Source: Lingula anatina (taxonomy: Eukaryota; Animalia; Brachiopoda). Taken from it: a stretch of 64,000 bases of DNA. The stretch lies in NCBI GenBank assembly GCA_051362555.1, contig CM120647.1:2790001-2854000 (forward strand), given 5' to 3'. The notes under the pieces were generated by a model that worked only from the letters and a program-made list of their open reading frames with translations, was not told where the DNA came from and made no database searches. Positions 62,901 to 64,000 of the stretch are shown here, in pieces. The number at the start of each line of letters is the position of its first letter. The first letter of the stretch is position 1. A program made the position numbers and the translations under genes.

Positions 62901-64000
62901 TGTGCTGAATAATGGTGTTGTCAATGTATGCCTTTGTGTCTCTTTATATTGTGTTTGCTGTGTTCATTCTGTATTGTTACTGAATGTGTTTGTATATATT
63001 GTGAAGAATGTGTACAGCTATGTTTTCACTCATTTTTCTTGTATTTGTTGTCATTACAGTGCACGTTTCTGTTGTCACTGTAAATGTTAATATTTATTTC
63101 AATTAATTGCTGATTGCTGTGTATGACTGTTTAATTACACAATTTATTTGTGTTCATTCTGGTAACTGTGCATGGTTTTGTCACTGTACATGTCAATATT
63201 TTTTGTGATCACTGTGTAGTCTGTATTGTGACTGTGTTTGTTTGTATTTATTTTGATTACTGTACATATTTGTCCTGTCACTGTTCGAGTATGTATTTAT
63301 TCTCAGCACTATGTATGTCAGTTTGTCGCTCTATTTGTTTGTAATCATTACTATTGCGCTGCATGATGGTGTTGTCAATGTATGTCTATTTGTCTGTTTA
63401 TATTGTGTTTGCTGTGTCCATTCTATATTGTTACTGAATGTGTGTGTATATATTGTGATAAATGTGTACGGCTATGTTTTCACTTTCTTTCCTTGTGTTC
63501 ATTGTCATTATGGGGCACGTTACAATTGTCAATGTTCATGTAAATATTTATTTTGATCACTGTGTATGTTTGTGTTGGTACTGTTTGTGTCTGCATGCTA
63601 TTCTGAGCACTGTGTAAGTATGTTTGTCCTATTTTTTAAAATCATTATCGGTTACTGTGCATGTTTATGCTGTCATTGTTTGTGTTTGTATTTATTATCT
63701 GTATGTTTGTGTCATTAATGTTGATGTTTGTATTTATTGTGAGCACTTTGCATGTCAGTTTTGTCAATTTATTGTTTGTAATCATTTCTATTGCACTGAT
63801 TAATGGTGTTGTCAATGTATGTCTATGTGTCTGTTTATATAGTGTTTGCTGTGTCCATTCTATATTGTTACTAAATGTGTTTGTATGTATTGTGATGAAC
63901 GTGTACGACTATGTTTTCACTTTCTTTCCTTGTGTTCATTGTCATTACAGGGCACGTTACAATTGTCAATGTTCATGTAAATATTTATTTTGATCATTGT
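38985..64000. repeat. Large TG-rich complex satellite with 2896-bp higher-order repeat; runs off the window end
   Basis: Identical ORF-track peptides recur at 39775, 42671, 45567, 48464 (spacing 2896/2896/2897). Short motifs such as TATTTATTTTGATCACTGTGTATGTTTGTG recur throughout. Confidence 0.95.
50693..51899. mobile_element. Unclassified 1.2 kb insertion in the satellite
   Basis: Non-satellite sequence flanked by TACAT (50688-50692, 51900-51904); internal ~92-bp direct repeat (50985-51076, 51809-51900) and three ~100-120 bp tandem units at 51152-51490. Confidence 0.6.

Noticed and set aside
38985-64000. Dozens of Cys/Val/Phe-rich (+) and Thr/Asn/His-rich (-) ORFs; possible repetitive structural protein or mucin exon
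   Set aside because: ORFs are short, occur in several frames, are broken by frequent stops and non-triplet indels, and simply reflect the TG-skewed satellite

Overview
AT-rich eukaryotic (invertebrate metazoan, probably molluscan; inferred) genomic DNA, not prokaryotic. (1) 279-29013 holds the 3' 28 exons of a + strand UDP-glucose:glycoprotein glucosyltransferase (UGGT) gene. I joined the exons by hand with consistent phases, through the GT24 catalytic domain to a C-terminal RDEL*. Its introns carry a 5'-truncated LINE with a 65-bp direct flanking repeat, a decayed DIRS-type retroelement, Helentron-type and other MITEs, and many minisatellites. Three of the minisatellites are amplified copies of the gene's own splice sites. 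(2) 31137-37673 is an apparently intact, young Ngaro-type tyrosine-recombinase retrotransposon on the - strand with split direct repeats. Its YR ORF lacks an upstream AUG, but a phase-matched GT-AG splice from gag would give an in-frame Gag-YR fusion. (3) About 38985-64000 is a >25 kb TG-rich multi-level satellite with a 2896-bp higher-order repeat, interrupted by a 1.2 kb insertion. Most short ORFs in the supplied track are spurious.
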